NCBI GenBank assembly: GCA_963845145.1
Contig: CAWJQU010000004.1
Coordinates: 288,001 to 352,000 of the forward strand
From: an uncultured delta proteobacterium
Lineage (GTDB): Bacteria > Desulfobacterota > Desulfobacteria > Desulfobacterales > QNYZ01
Direction of reading: 5' to 3'
Length of the DNA stretch: 64,000 bases
How positions within the stretch are numbered: position 1 is the stretch's first letter; the number at the start of each line of letters is the position of its first letter. The position numbers and the translations under genes are program-made. A model generated the notes under the pieces. The model saw only the letters and a list, made by a program, of their open reading frames with translations. It was not told the DNA's origin and did not search any database. This document shows positions 19,256 through 29,262 of the stretch, piece after piece.

Positions 19256-19876
19256 CTACTGCTCCGTCATGGCTAATTTGATACCCAAAGCAGCGAAGGT
19301 GGCGGCAAAGGATCGTTGCAACCAGAGAATCAACCGTGGAGAGGTTACGGCGTATTGTCTTACCCCATTGGCCAACATCCCATAGAGAATAAAAATGACC
19401 AACGTGAGGGCCATGAACGCAATGCTGAGAATAACCATTTGAAACATAGGGGATGAAGCATTTGGTGTGACAAATAGTGGCAGAAAAGCCAGGAAAAAAA
19501 TCGATAATTTGGGATTAAGAATATTGATTAAAAAACCTCTTTTAACGATTTGTCCCAATCCCTTTTGGGGGTCAACTGAATTAAATTTTAAGCCGCCTTT
19601 GTCATGCCACATCGCCCAGGCCAGATAGAGCAAATAGGCCGCACCGGCAAACTTGATACCTTGGAAAGCAAGGGCGCTCATATGAAAAATGGCCGATAGT
19701 CCCAGGATACTTGCCGTTACATGGGGGATAATTCCAGCGGTGCAACCGATTGCAGCCGCAATACTGGCGCGTTTGCCCAGAAAAAGACCTGTCGATACCG
19801 TATAAATAACGCCCGTCCCGGGTATCAATACAACGACCAGTGAGGTAACCAAAAATTCCGCACTAAACATGATCAT
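19256..19876 (-). CDS. LysE/RhtB-family translocator
   Basis: IPGTG, KFAGAAYLLYLAW and NILNPK motifs; multiple TM segments. Confidence 0.9.
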   Translation of the reverse strand: MIMFSAEFLVTSLVVVLIPGTGVIYTVSTGLFLGKRASIAAAIGCTAGIIPHVTASILGLSAIFHMSALAFQGIKFAGAAYLLYLAWAMWHDKGGLKFNSVDPQKGLGQIVKRGFLINILNPKLSIFFLAFLPLFVTPNASSPMFQMVILSIAFMALTLVIFILYGMLANGVRQYAVTSPRLILWLQRSFAATFAALGIKLAMTEQ

Positions 19877-19897
19877 CTCCTGTTAAAATACATAACA

Positions 19898-20401
19898 TTA
19901 CCCTGCCAGCCTGTCCCAAGCAATCTTGATACTCACATACAGTACAATAAACAACAGAAACAAAGATTGGAGTGTGCCAAAGAAAATGACGCCAATGAAC
20001 AACCGTTGCAAAATAAAAACGATGACAAAAGTAGCACCAATCATCAGCATAAACCCTGACAACCGTTTGAAACCGGGGATATCTGTCATTCGGGTCTTTC
20101 TCCCAATGATTTTAATGGTAACAGCCATGGAAGCAATGGGAAGAAAATAGGCAAGGATGTTGACTTTCAGGATATCAAGTCGTTGCAAACCGACGGTGTA
20201 ACAACAAAGAACAATGGCCAGAACACCGGGAACGCAGGTGGCATACATTATTACCGAATAGATATAGCGCAAAGGCGAGCGGCGATTGATTCGGCCAATT
20301 GATAATGTGGCAATTAAAGCCAAAACCGGAATAAGTATCATATAAGTGCTGACATGAATGGGGTGGTGGTTGGCCCATTCAATGAGCTTTGAGATTGTCA
20401 T
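19898..20401 (-). CDS. Integral membrane protein of unknown function
   Basis: 167 aa with about five hydrophobic segments. Confidence 0.7.
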   Translation of the reverse strand: MTISKLIEWANHHPIHVSTYMILIPVLALIATLSIGRINRRSPLRYIYSVIMYATCVPGVLAIVLCCYTVGLQRLDILKVNILAYFLPIASMAVTIKIIGRKTRMTDIPGFKRLSGFMLMIGATFVIVFILQRLFIGVIFFGTLQSLFLLFIVLYVSIKIAWDRLAG

Positions 20402-20453
20402 GTTGCTGACCTATGAAAAACAGTGAACCAAAGGTTGACCGCATGGCGATGGG

Positions 20454-22292
20454 TTAACAATCAATATAGTCTTCAAACTGATTACACATCTCCTCACTGG
20501 ACGAATCATTTGAGGCCAGGACCTTCTCTCCATCCACTATTTTAATGGTTGCATTGAGCGGGTTAACTACTGGTCGTTCTCTAACTTTCATCTTCTCTAT
20601 TTGTAGTTGCTCTTTTTCCCAAGCCTCTTTGGCCGAAAGATTACAGGCGTCGGCCAGATATTTTGCATTGAATCCTTCCCCGGTAAGGTTTCGTATGGTT
20701 GCATCGTGACTCAAGCTGTTTCCAGGGTTCCAGTAATGTTTGGCCAACAAGGGCCCGATGTCGGGATTATCGGTTAGGTAACCAAAGTGGTTCATAAAAA
20801 AAGACCGGGTTTGATACACCGCCATGTGTGCCAGTAAGTACCCCTGGTAGGAGCAGGCGGAATCGTTTGAAAGCAAATGGGGAATCGCAAGCAACGGCCT
20901 GGGGCTGACTTTAAGCCCGAGGATTTTATTTTCCATCTCCCTGGCCAGCCGTGTTAACCGTTCGGCCGTTAGTTGATTTTCGGTAAGTGAATAGATTGCC
21001 CGCTCAAAATGGGGGACCACGAGAAGACTTCTCTCCGAATAGGCCATAAAGGGCTGCCTGTTTTCAATCAGTGCTTTTATGATGGCATCGGGTACCGGGT
21101 TTCCCTGACGGTCTTTGGCATAGCATTTCAACCAGTCGGCATCGCCCAGCAGACTATCAAAGAACATGGATTGGGTTTCGGCCAAGGCCATGGAACTGGG
21201 TGCAAATTCCTGGGAAAAGCAGGGCGCATTCATGGTAATATTGGCAAAATGAGCGGCATGTCCGCCTTCATGAAAGAGCGTATTGATGCCGCTATAGCCG
21301 CTCCCCACCTGGTCTGGTTTGGCATTGCTGGTAAAGTTTACTTTTGCCGGGACCCACGCACCGTTATCGAAAAAAGAAGGCACCGGACCATGACAAAATC
21401 CGTTCTGATACTTTCCCTTACGATCTAATAAATCCAGGGTCAGCTCCGCACCCCGGTAATCTATTCTCATTCGCCCAAAGGATTGCACCCACCGGCGCAG
21501 CGACTTTGAAAACGGCACATATGGGTCAAGCGCTCGCAGGGAATCACCGCCCCAGGTGAAATTAAAATTATAACCGGTTGCGGACTGATCGCCATGCTCT
21601 TTAACCAGGGAATCGATGCTGTTTAAATTCTTCTCTCTGGTTCTTTGCTCAAAATCGTTGAGAATGTCAAACAGGGCATCGGTTGTCATCTGTTCTGTCT
21701 TCTCAACCGAATAATCAAAGAAGTTTTCATATCCCAGAGTTCGGGCAAATCGGTTGCGTTTTTTAATCAGATCAATAAATCCGTTTTCAAGTACCCACTG
21801 CTCCAGGTCCAGCAATGCCTGATGCGAGCTTTTGCGAACCTGTTCATGATCGTTTGCACGGATACTGGCAGATAAAACAGTCAAAGATCCTTCAGTCCTA
21901 TTCCCCATTTCATCCAGATACGTCATGCGATACTTTTTGCGTTTCTCAAATAAATCCGCTTCAAGTTTTATAAGTGCTGCTTTTTGTTTCTGTGCCTCTT
22001 CAGACTCAATCACATTGGCTTCGAAAAAGGCCAGCCAACCTTTCAGGCCGGTCACAATTTCAGACTTTCGGGCGAAGTCCGGTTTCGATTTCAGTGCTTT
22101 CAACTGGCCGCGGACTTCAGGCAGTCGGTTGGGATCGGAAATAAACGCCGTCCACTGGGTTTCAGCCCGCGCAAATCCCTCCTGATCATCACTTGTCCCC
22201 ATGTAGGTCGTCCAGAAAAGATCTTCTTTTTTTCGATGTACAGCCAGATAATCCAGGTTGAGAGTGTCAAAATATTCTGTAGGTGTGGTCAT
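20454..22292 (-). CDS. M3-family metallo-oligopeptidase
   Basis: LFHEGGHAAH zinc motif, downstream AETQSM Glu, RKGKYQNGFC and RTLGYENFFDY. Confidence 0.88.
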   Translation of the reverse strand: MTTPTEYFDTLNLDYLAVHRKKEDLFWTTYMGTSDDQEGFARAETQWTAFISDPNRLPEVRGQLKALKSKPDFARKSEIVTGLKGWLAFFEANVIESEEAQKQKAALIKLEADLFEKRKKYRMTYLDEMGNRTEGSLTVLSASIRANDHEQVRKSSHQALLDLEQWVLENGFIDLIKKRNRFARTLGYENFFDYSVEKTEQMTTDALFDILNDFEQRTREKNLNSIDSLVKEHGDQSATGYNFNFTWGGDSLRALDPYVPFSKSLRRWVQSFGRMRIDYRGAELTLDLLDRKGKYQNGFCHGPVPSFFDNGAWVPAKVNFTSNAKPDQVGSGYSGINTLFHEGGHAAHFANITMNAPCFSQEFAPSSMALAETQSMFFDSLLGDADWLKCYAKDRQGNPVPDAIIKALIENRQPFMAYSERSLLVVPHFERAIYSLTENQLTAERLTRLAREMENKILGLKVSPRPLLAIPHLLSNDSACSYQGYLLAHMAVYQTRSFFMNHFGYLTDNPDIGPLLAKHYWNPGNSLSHDATIRNLTGEGFNAKYLADACNLSAKEAWEKEQLQIEKMKVRERPVVNPLNATIKIVDGEKVLASNDSSSEEMCNQFEDYIDC

Positions 22293-22504
22293 ATCGCATC
22301 CTATTTCTTTAAATAGATAGTCCTTAGTTTAGTATAGGCGAGCCAGCCTTTGCCAAAGGCTATGGTGCGGCAGGAAAACATCTGCAAGCGTTTATGTGTT
22401 AAGTTAATAACTTAACATGATTTTTTACCCGAAGGCAAGTCGTAGATTTCGTACGATATTATTCATTTCAAAACAATCGGTTTTTCTTTAATTGAACGTC
22501 AGTT

Positions 22505-23431
22505 TTATGAGCGAAAAACAATCAGTGCGCTATACTTTTCAAGGGTTTGACGGTTTAGCCGGTGGAAAAAAGCGTAGATTTGATTGTGCAGGACACTGGT
22601 ATCGGGAATGACAAAGTGATTTTTCTCGATTCCGATTTCGTCCAAAAAGAAAATAAACGCTTCAAGGGGGCCATCTTGATGTTCTCCCAGCACCTGGACG
22701 TTTAACATCTGATCTTTTAGTGGGGGAGGGGCTTGGCCACGAAGGTTTTCAAAAAACCAATTGGGTTCATTCGTGCAATGGAAAGCCCCGATTAGAATGA
22801 TGTGCCGCATCCCCGGTTCAAAATGGTTCCAGAAATTACCGGCAATGACGTTTTCGCGTGAACCTGATTTGCCGCGAATTTTTTCTTGTTGTTCGCCGGT
22901 TTCTTCAATTCCGTAAATCTTAATGTCCGGGGTTTTGGTCTCAAAAGCATGTAAAACATTTAGGATATCGGCATTGAGTAAAGGGAAATACGCTCTACTC
23001 GCGTTTTTTCGTTTAAAAATGCGTTTTAACGCTTTAGGGGTAGCCTCCAGCATCAGGGTATTGATATTGAATTTGGAAAAGAATTCATCGGAAAGAAATT
23101 GTCGGGTCGATTCTTCATGGAACTCACCCATGCACACGACCTGGTAATCTGACTGGCCAAGTTGTATTAACCACCCCTCCATGGAAACCAGATGCGTTTC
23201 CAAACTCTTTTTAATCGCATGCTTTTAGGGTGGGGAGAGCCGGTTAAACTGCTGTATCGCTTCGACCGCCTGTCCATGATAAAAAGGGTGCTGGATGCGC
23301 TCTGTATTCGGCGGTTCGTTAGGTGGGCCTGGATATTCTTTTCTATACCAGTCATAAGCGGTGAGGAAAACCAGGATAACGATATATCCGCCGATGACGG
23401 TCAAAATAACCCGGGCCAATGGTGAGTCCAT
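22505..23431 (-). pseudogene. Membrane-anchored ChaN/TIKI/EreA-like protein interrupted by an in-frame TAA (23225-23227)
   Basis: ORFs 23225-23431 and 22505-23203 are in the same frame: ...RLSPP-TAA-KHAIKKSLETHL. The downstream part has MGEFH, LMLE and IGAFH motifs; family assignment is tentative. Confidence 0.65.
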
Positions 23432-23806
23432 TTAGGGCACTCCGCTAACATGGATTCATTTCGTTATTCTTATTAACATGCAAAGCAATAAAAACAAAAC
23501 CGAATATTACCTAAGTTGAGCGATTTTTTTCGAAGCTATGTGCCGAGATATTGAGATGAAAAGGTTTTCAAAAAGTAGGTGGAAAATTGCGCCTGCGCAA
23601 CATCTTCTGCGACTTGATTGTGCTTCAAACAGCCATCGAGATGGGTTCAATGCTAAAATATAAAGATCAGCCATTGCAGAGACCCCAGTGGATGGTAATT
23701 TTATTAAAAATGCAGGCAAACCATATATGGTTATTGAATCAACACGATTCCCTTTTTTCGTGTTAAGGTTAATGAATTTGGGTTGATATAAAATACGGAA
23801 AGGTAA

Positions 23807-24688
23807 ATGAAATATAAGGCATCCATATTCATACTTTTTTTCATCATGATGCCAGTGGCTGTGGCCTTCGCGCAAAACCAGGTATCTACCGTTGAGACGA
23901 TTGATGTTGATATCTGGCCGGACTATGACCGGCCATCCGTTTTGGTTTTATTGACCGGCAAACTTCCGGAAGATACGACACTTCCTGCATCGGTTACCCT
24001 TCCTTTACCTGAAACCGCACAGCTGAATGCGGTTGCCCGCATCGATTCAAAAGATGGCCACATGAAGGATGATATCTTGTCCAGCACCGATCCTCCGGGC
24101 ATGTTAACCTTCACCACGCCGGATCTACGCTTCAGGGTGGAATATTATTTCCCGTATGCGGTTAATGAAAAACAGCATTCTTTTGACTATACCTGGTTGG
24201 CACCGATCGGCGTTAAGGTTTTTCGGTTAAGCGTACAGCAGCCGTCATCGGCGGACGCCTTTACGGCAGAGCCCCCCATCGCAACGATCATGCGGGGTGA
24301 TGATGGATTCGAATACCATACGTTTCCCACCCAAGCGGTCGAGGCCTGGCAACCTGTTTCATTAAAGGTGGATTACAATATGACCGGCGCTCAATTATCG
24401 AAAAAAAGGGTGCCGCCCTCAAATACCAACACCCAACCGGCCGCTTCACCCCCCAACCCCAGCAATGGTTCCGGTATTAACTGGGCTTTGGTCGCTATGG
24501 TTATTGGGGGGCTTCTCATTTTCGGCGCCTTGATCCGGGAGTTTGTTTCCCGCCGCTCTTCGACCAACAGCCCCAAATCGGCGGAGTTACAGAGTCAAAA
24601 GCGATCGGATGCCAACTGTTGCCACAAGTGTGGTGAGTCCGTTGTTGAAAGTGACAAATATTGCAGTGGATGCGGTGATAAATTATGA
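23807..24688 (+). CDS. Secreted/membrane protein with C-terminal zinc ribbon
   Basis: Signal peptide, IWPDYDRP, Pro-rich linker, one TM helix, CHKCG...CSGCG. Confidence 0.75.
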   Translation: MKYKASIFILFFIMMPVAVAFAQNQVSTVETIDVDIWPDYDRPSVLVLLTGKLPEDTTLPASVTLPLPETAQLNAVARIDSKDGHMKDDILSSTDPPGMLTFTTPDLRFRVEYYFPYAVNEKQHSFDYTWLAPIGVKVFRLSVQQPSSADAFTAEPPIATIMRGDDGFEYHTFPTQAVEAWQPVSLKVDYNMTGAQLSKKRVPPSNTNTQPAASPPNPSNGSGINWALVAMVIGGLLIFGALIREFVSRRSSTNSPKSAELQSQKRSDANCCHKCGESVVESDKYCSGCGDKL

Positions 24689-24818
24689 GGTATTATCTGG
24701 TTGACCGGAACCAGGGGATGTGAATAATCAATCGTTTTCCTCGATAGTATCCTGGTAAAGTAAATAATTTTACGTAGTCAAGAACGACCTCATTGCGATC
24801 AATACACTCAAGGATATC

Positions 24819-25838
24819 ATGACGAAGATTGTACGCACGGATTGTGAGATAGCGTGCCCGGTAATTGATGCTGAACTACATCGGGATGGTGTGGATCTGG
24901 TGTTGTTGCCGGACGGGGTATCGGAGGATGAATTGAGCGACGTGGCCCGTGATGCCGATTTGATTTTAATGTGTTACACCCCCATCACCGCACGTGTCAT
25001 CAGAAAAGCCCGCAAGTTGAAAGGCATCGTCAAATATGGTGTAGGTATTGATGCGATTGATATCCCGGCGGCGATCGAACGGCGTATCCCGGTTGTCAAT
25101 GTTCCGTCTTATGCGGAAGAAACCGTGGCCGAGGGTGCGTTCTGTTTGATGATCGCGCTGGCGAAAAAGCTCATCCCCATGGACCGGGCGATGCATGCAA
25201 AAAGCTGGTTGCAGCCCACGTCCAATTGGCTTGGTGTCGATATCGCTGGGAAAACGCTCGGTATTGTCGGGCTTGGCCGCATCGGCCGGAGTATGGCGCG
25301 CATGGCGGGGGCGGGGTTTCGTGCCCGTGTTCTGGCCTATAGCCCCGATCTCACTACCGGGGAAGCCGCCGCCCTTGGGGTGGAGAAAGTCGATGATCTC
25401 AAGGCCATGCTTAGCCGGTGTGATTTCGTATCGATTCATTGTGTTCTCAATGAGCAGACCAAGCATCTTATCGGAGAGGCTGAAATTCGAGCCATGAAGC
25501 CCTCGGCCTTTTTAATCAATGTGGCGCGCGGTGCCGTTGTCGATGAGGCGGCCTTGCTCCAGGCGCTGACCGAAAACCGGATCGCCGGGGCCGGACTGGA
25601 TGTTTACAGTCAGGAGCCGCTCACCCACAACGGGCACCCTGTGAGCGCGTTGTTCGAGCATCCCAACGTCATTCTGTTACCGCACCTGACGTTTTACACC
25701 CATGAGGCCATGGAACGTTTAGAGCAGGAAACCCTGGCGCGCTGCCGTGAAATCCTGAGTGGGAAACCGGTGCTGGTAACTTCTGATGACCCACGGCTGC
25801 GAGCGCAAACACACGGGGTGGTGTTTGACACACCTTAA
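24819..25838 (+). CDS. D-isomer-specific 2-hydroxyacid dehydrogenase
   Basis: KYGVGID, GLGRIG, INVARG, GLDVYSQEP and PH motifs. Confidence 0.9.
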   Translation: MTKIVRTDCEIACPVIDAELHRDGVDLVLLPDGVSEDELSDVARDADLILMCYTPITARVIRKARKLKGIVKYGVGIDAIDIPAAIERRIPVVNVPSYAEETVAEGAFCLMIALAKKLIPMDRAMHAKSWLQPTSNWLGVDIAGKTLGIVGLGRIGRSMARMAGAGFRARVLAYSPDLTTGEAAALGVEKVDDLKAMLSRCDFVSIHCVLNEQTKHLIGEAEIRAMKPSAFLINVARGAVVDEAALLQALTENRIAGAGLDVYSQEPLTHNGHPVSALFEHPNVILLPHLTFYTHEAMERLEQETLARCREILSGKPVLVTSDDPRLRAQTHGVVFDTP

Positions 25839-26911
25839 GTTTCGGATCGAGCCAGTTTCTCTTTTTTGTGATGACGGGCGCCCAGCTGACCACAAGCGGC
25901 CATAATACCGGCTCCTTTGGAGGCCCGCTTACGTACAAAGACCCGTTCCCCGACGAGCCATTGTCGAAACTGTTCTACCTTCCCCGGTGATGCTGCCGTA
26001 AATGAGGCGTTGTTGATGGGGTTATAGGGAATCAAGTTGACCCGCACATTGGGAAATTGTCGGGTAAAGCGGGCCAGAGAGAGGGCGTGATTTTTGGAAT
26101 CGTTGACACCGTCAAAGAGCACATAGCCGAACATGAGCCCCTCTTTGGCTTTGTGAGGCACGGTTTTGAGTAAATGCCGCAGCTCATCCAACCGGTGGTG
26201 CAAGTTGATCGGCATCAGACGGCTTCGAAGCGGATCATCCACGGCATTTAAAGAGATGGAAAGCTTGAGCCCTTCGATGGGATTTTCCAGATATCGTTTT
26301 AATGGTGCTACAAGCCCCACCGTCGAGAGGGTTACCCGCTTCGGGCTGATATCAGCCCCCCGCTGGTCGGCCAGAACATGGATCGCCTGAATCACCGCGT
26401 CATAATTATCCATGGGTTCGCCCATGCCCATAAAGACCACATTGCGCACCGGGGCGTCAAAGTGCCATTTGGCGAGCAGCACCTGGCCCATAATCTCGTG
26501 GGTTGCAAGACTACGGGAAAATCCCATCCGCCCGGTTTCACAAAAACGGCACCCCATGCGGCACCCCACCTGGCTCGACACGCAGATGGTGGTATGGTTG
26601 AACATGGGCACCAAAACCGATTCGATAATGCCCCCATCGGCCAGCTTGGCGGTAAACTTGATCACGTCCCCATCGGACTGCGTTTCCACGATTTCGGGCA
26701 GCCTGCCGTCCAGATCAACATCCATTTGTCGGGCCAGGGCAGCCGATTTTTCAAATTCGGGTAGCGACGCACAGTCGATTTGGCCGCTTTTAAAGTAGTG
26801 ACGGTAGACCGCTGCCGCATGGAAAAGTCCCTTATTGTAACGGTGTGACAATGCTTTCGCCAAGTCTGCGGTGGTCATTCCGGCGATATGAATTTTAGCT
26901 GGTTTTTGCAC
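25835..26911 (-). CDS. rlmN: RlmN-family radical SAM RNA methyltransferase
   Basis: CVSSQVGCRMGCRFC, NVVFMGMGEP, NLIPYN and AACGQL. Confidence 0.85.
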   Translation of the reverse strand: MQKPAKIHIAGMTTADLAKALSHRYNKGLFHAAAVYRHYFKSGQIDCASLPEFEKSAALARQMDVDLDGRLPEIVETQSDGDVIKFTAKLADGGIIESVLVPMFNHTTICVSSQVGCRMGCRFCETGRMGFSRSLATHEIMGQVLLAKWHFDAPVRNVVFMGMGEPMDNYDAVIQAIHVLADQRGADISPKRVTLSTVGLVAPLKRYLENPIEGLKLSISLNAVDDPLRSRLMPINLHHRLDELRHLLKTVPHKAKEGLMFGYVLFDGVNDSKNHALSLARFTRQFPNVRVNLIPYNPINNASFTAASPGKVEQFRQWLVGERVFVRKRASKGAGIMAACGQLGARHHKKEKLARSET

Positions 26912-26994
26912 ACAGGCTCCATAGGGTTTCTTATAAATCGCTATATTTTATCACTAAATGATTATAATCACCACCCTCACCGGATTATGAAACA

Positions 26995-27020
26995 GGGCAA
27001 CCACAAGGGATTGCCCCTAC
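26995..27020 (-). repeat. GTAG-type REP-like palindrome
   Basis: Minus strand GTAG-GGGCAA-TCCCTTGTGG-TTGCCC, intergenic between divergent genes. Confidence 0.7.
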
Positions 27021-27207
27021 ATAAGTACACCCATTATGGGATGTTGGCGGTCCCGAAAAAGATGAAAAACATCCACGATTGGTTTTATCAAGCCCTTAGC
27101 CCGTGGACCCCTCAGCCCCCTGAATCCTTGGGTCAATTAACTATAATATTTGCTTATTTACCAGGGTTGTCTTACCTTTTAAGAAAATTTTTTATAGGTA
27201 AAGATGT

Positions 27208-28110
27208 ATGACCCCATCAGAGATAACCCAGATAAAGGTCGGTAAACATATTTGTGGCATTGTGGGCCTTAAAAGCACATTCGAAGAGATGGCCGGGGAC
27301 CCTGCGAATCTTCTTATGGGGGATCAGGTTGGTGATCAGGCAGAGGCTGCCCTTTCCAGGATACTTTTGGAGCGGTTGTCGCAAAAAAATTATATTCCTG
27401 AAAATGTCAGGGAAGAATACGGGTGGGCCTTTATTCGGGAATTCAGGAAATTTCTCGGCCATCCTGTTGAAGACGAAAGTGGCGAGGGGTTAGAAATCAA
27501 AGTTTTGGGCGCGGGTTGTGCGATTTGCGATGGTCTCGAAAACACCGTTATGGAAACACTGGCGACAATGGGTTTTGCGGCCGACTTAGAACATGTTCGG
27601 GATACTGAAAGAATTGCAGAATACAAGGTCAAAGGAACCCCCGCCCTGGTAATCAATGGTAGGGTTGTGTGCACGGGTAGAAACCCGTCGAAAAACGAAA
27701 TCAGGAAATGGCTAAAAGAGGCCGGTTACGATAAAATATCAGGAGGAAACATGGACGAACAAGTATTTATCAAAAACATTCCGTTTTCAGAACCGCAGAA
27801 TCTGGCAGAGATGGTAGAATACGGAGAAGGCCGGGTTGTTAGCCGGACCTTTGCCCAGAATCCCACGCTCAGCCTGACCCTTTTCGCGTTTGATGCGGGA
27901 GAAGGTGTGAGTACCCACACTGCCCCTGGAGACGCAATGGTGCAAGTGCTCGACGGGGAGGCGCTGGTCAATATTGACGGAAAAGAGATGACCGTTGGTA
28001 CCGGACAGGTCGTGGTGATGCCGGCCAATGTTCCCCATGCCGTGACTGCTGTCAAGCGGTTTAAAATGATTTTGACGGTTGTAAAAAAGCCGGTGACGAT
28101 TCAATCTTGA
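27208..28110 (+). CDS. Fusion of a small redox-active disulfide (thioredoxin-like) protein and a cupin domain
   Basis: EIKVLGAGCAIC...TPALVING (Trx-like), then LFAFDAGEGVSTHTAPGD...MPANVPHAV (cupin). Internal AGGAGG before ATG 27751. Confidence 0.8.
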   Translation: MTPSEITQIKVGKHICGIVGLKSTFEEMAGDPANLLMGDQVGDQAEAALSRILLERLSQKNYIPENVREEYGWAFIREFRKFLGHPVEDESGEGLEIKVLGAGCAICDGLENTVMETLATMGFAADLEHVRDTERIAEYKVKGTPALVINGRVVCTGRNPSKNEIRKWLKEAGYDKISGGNMDEQVFIKNIPFSEPQNLAEMVEYGEGRVVSRTFAQNPTLSLTLFAFDAGEGVSTHTAPGDAMVQVLDGEALVNIDGKEMTVGTGQVVVMPANVPHAVTAVKRFKMILTVVKKPVTIQS

Positions 28111-28228
28111 TGACTTTGTAATCCGTCTGTGGCGGACCGCGTTACGCTTCATCCCGTCGTGATTACGGTATACGAAGAGTACGCCTCATCACACGAGATT
28201 CGCGACGCCTTGAACTTGGCCTTTTTAC
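28109..28228. repeat. Palindromic MITE/REP-like element, degenerate copy of the element at 46643
   Basis: Shares GTAATCCG.CT...G.CGGAC, GCGTT.C.CTT, GAGTACGCCTCA and CGCCTTGA.CTTGGCC blocks with 46643-46785. Confidence 0.7.
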
Positions 28229-28585
28229 TTTTATTGCATTTTGTTCGTTCCAAATCCATCGGTTTTTCTTTCGATATCGATCTTCTTGGTATCGAAAAAA
28301 GCCTTATGGTGTTACTAGGGCTTCCGAAGTTCGAAGCCTTCGGTCCTCAAACAAACATGCCCGCCAGATAGGATAGTCAACCCATATTTAATTTTTGTTT
28401 GATTGTAGTTGGCTAATAATATTATAACTCAATTCAAGGTTTGATACCTTTTTTTGACCAATGTTATAGGTTGGTAGGTGAAACCTTTCACCATGTATAG
28501 GTCATTTTTTGTTCCAATTGGGCATATTAACAAGACGTCTATTGAATATCAATGTTCGACAGACGAAAATAATTGGAGAGTAGCA

Positions 28586-29074
28586 ATGTCAAAAAAAATT
28601 ACGTCAAAATATTTACTCTTTTTATTATGCATTTATTTAGTTTTTCCCCTTTCATTATATGCTGCTGGGAAAAATATTGGGTTATCGAAAGGGCAGATTC
28701 TTTATGTGCCCGCCTATTCACATATATACAGTGGCAATAGAGAGAGACCTTTCCTGTTGACTGTAACATTGAGCATCAGAAATGTTGATCCTAAACATCA
28801 AATCAAAATTATCCTGGTCGACTATTACGAGACACAGGGTAAATTATTAAAAAAACATATAGATAAGCCAATAGCTTTAAATTCATTAGAATCCTTACGC
28901 TATGTCATACCAGAAAAAGACAAGAGTGGTGGATCAGGCGCGAATTTTATAATTGAATGGCGATCCGATAAATTTGTTAATCCACCAATTGTTGAATCAA
29001 TAATGATCGGTACGCAATCGACACAAGGGATCTCATTTACGTCTCGTGGTCAAGAAATATTTACCTCTGAATAA
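28586..29074 (+). CDS. DUF3124-family exported protein (integron-type cassette gene)
   Basis: LYVPAYSHIY, TLSIRN, GGSGANFIIEW and ISFTSRG; GGAG RBS before ATG 28586; AT-rich. Confidence 0.85.
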   Translation: MSKKITSKYLLFLLCIYLVFPLSLYAAGKNIGLSKGQILYVPAYSHIYSGNRERPFLLTVTLSIRNVDPKHQIKIILVDYYETQGKLLKKHIDKPIALNSLESLRYVIPEKDKSGGSGANFIIEWRSDKFVNPPIVESIMIGTQSTQGISFTSRGQEIFTSE

Positions 29075-29082
29075 TGATAGGT

Positions 29083-29144
29083 GTCGAACAAGGCTTTTGC
29101 AGCGGAGCGCAAAAAACCGCGACCGCTGAAAAGCAACGTTATCG
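29083..29144 (+). mobile_element. attC-like recombination site
   Basis: GTCGAAC-AAGGC-TTTTGCAGCGG...CCGCTGAAAAG-CAAC-GTTATCG imperfect palindrome 8 bp after the stop. The inverse core is complementary to GTTCGACA at 28554, upstream of the gene. Confidence 0.75.
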
Positions 29145-29262
29145 CGCCGTGCAAAGCTCGGCGTATCTTGCAGGGTGAAAATGCCTGTCGGGAGGCAATC
29201 AGTGATGGTTGCCGCGGTAAGGGTTAGCCACCCACCCGTATCGAGCCTTGGACCCATGTTGG
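29141..29262 (+). mobile_element. Probable 5' fragment (domain I start) of a group II intron
   Basis: CGCCG-TGCAAAGCT-CGGCG hairpin, CAGGGTGAAAATGCCTG GNRA-type hairpin and TAAGGGTTAGCCACCCACCCGTATCGAG. Resemblance is from recall; no RT ORF or domain V follows. Confidence 0.5.

Noticed and set aside
23507..23700. Possible IS-end remnants (CCTAAGTTGAGCG; GTCTCTGCAA) and ORF 23507-23875
   Set aside because: No paired inverted repeats, target duplication or transposase fragment could be identified; the ORF has no recognisable motifs.
28478..28585. Upstream start for the DUF3124 gene
   Set aside because: It would cross the cassette core site at 28554; ATG 28586 has an RBS and gives a signal peptide.
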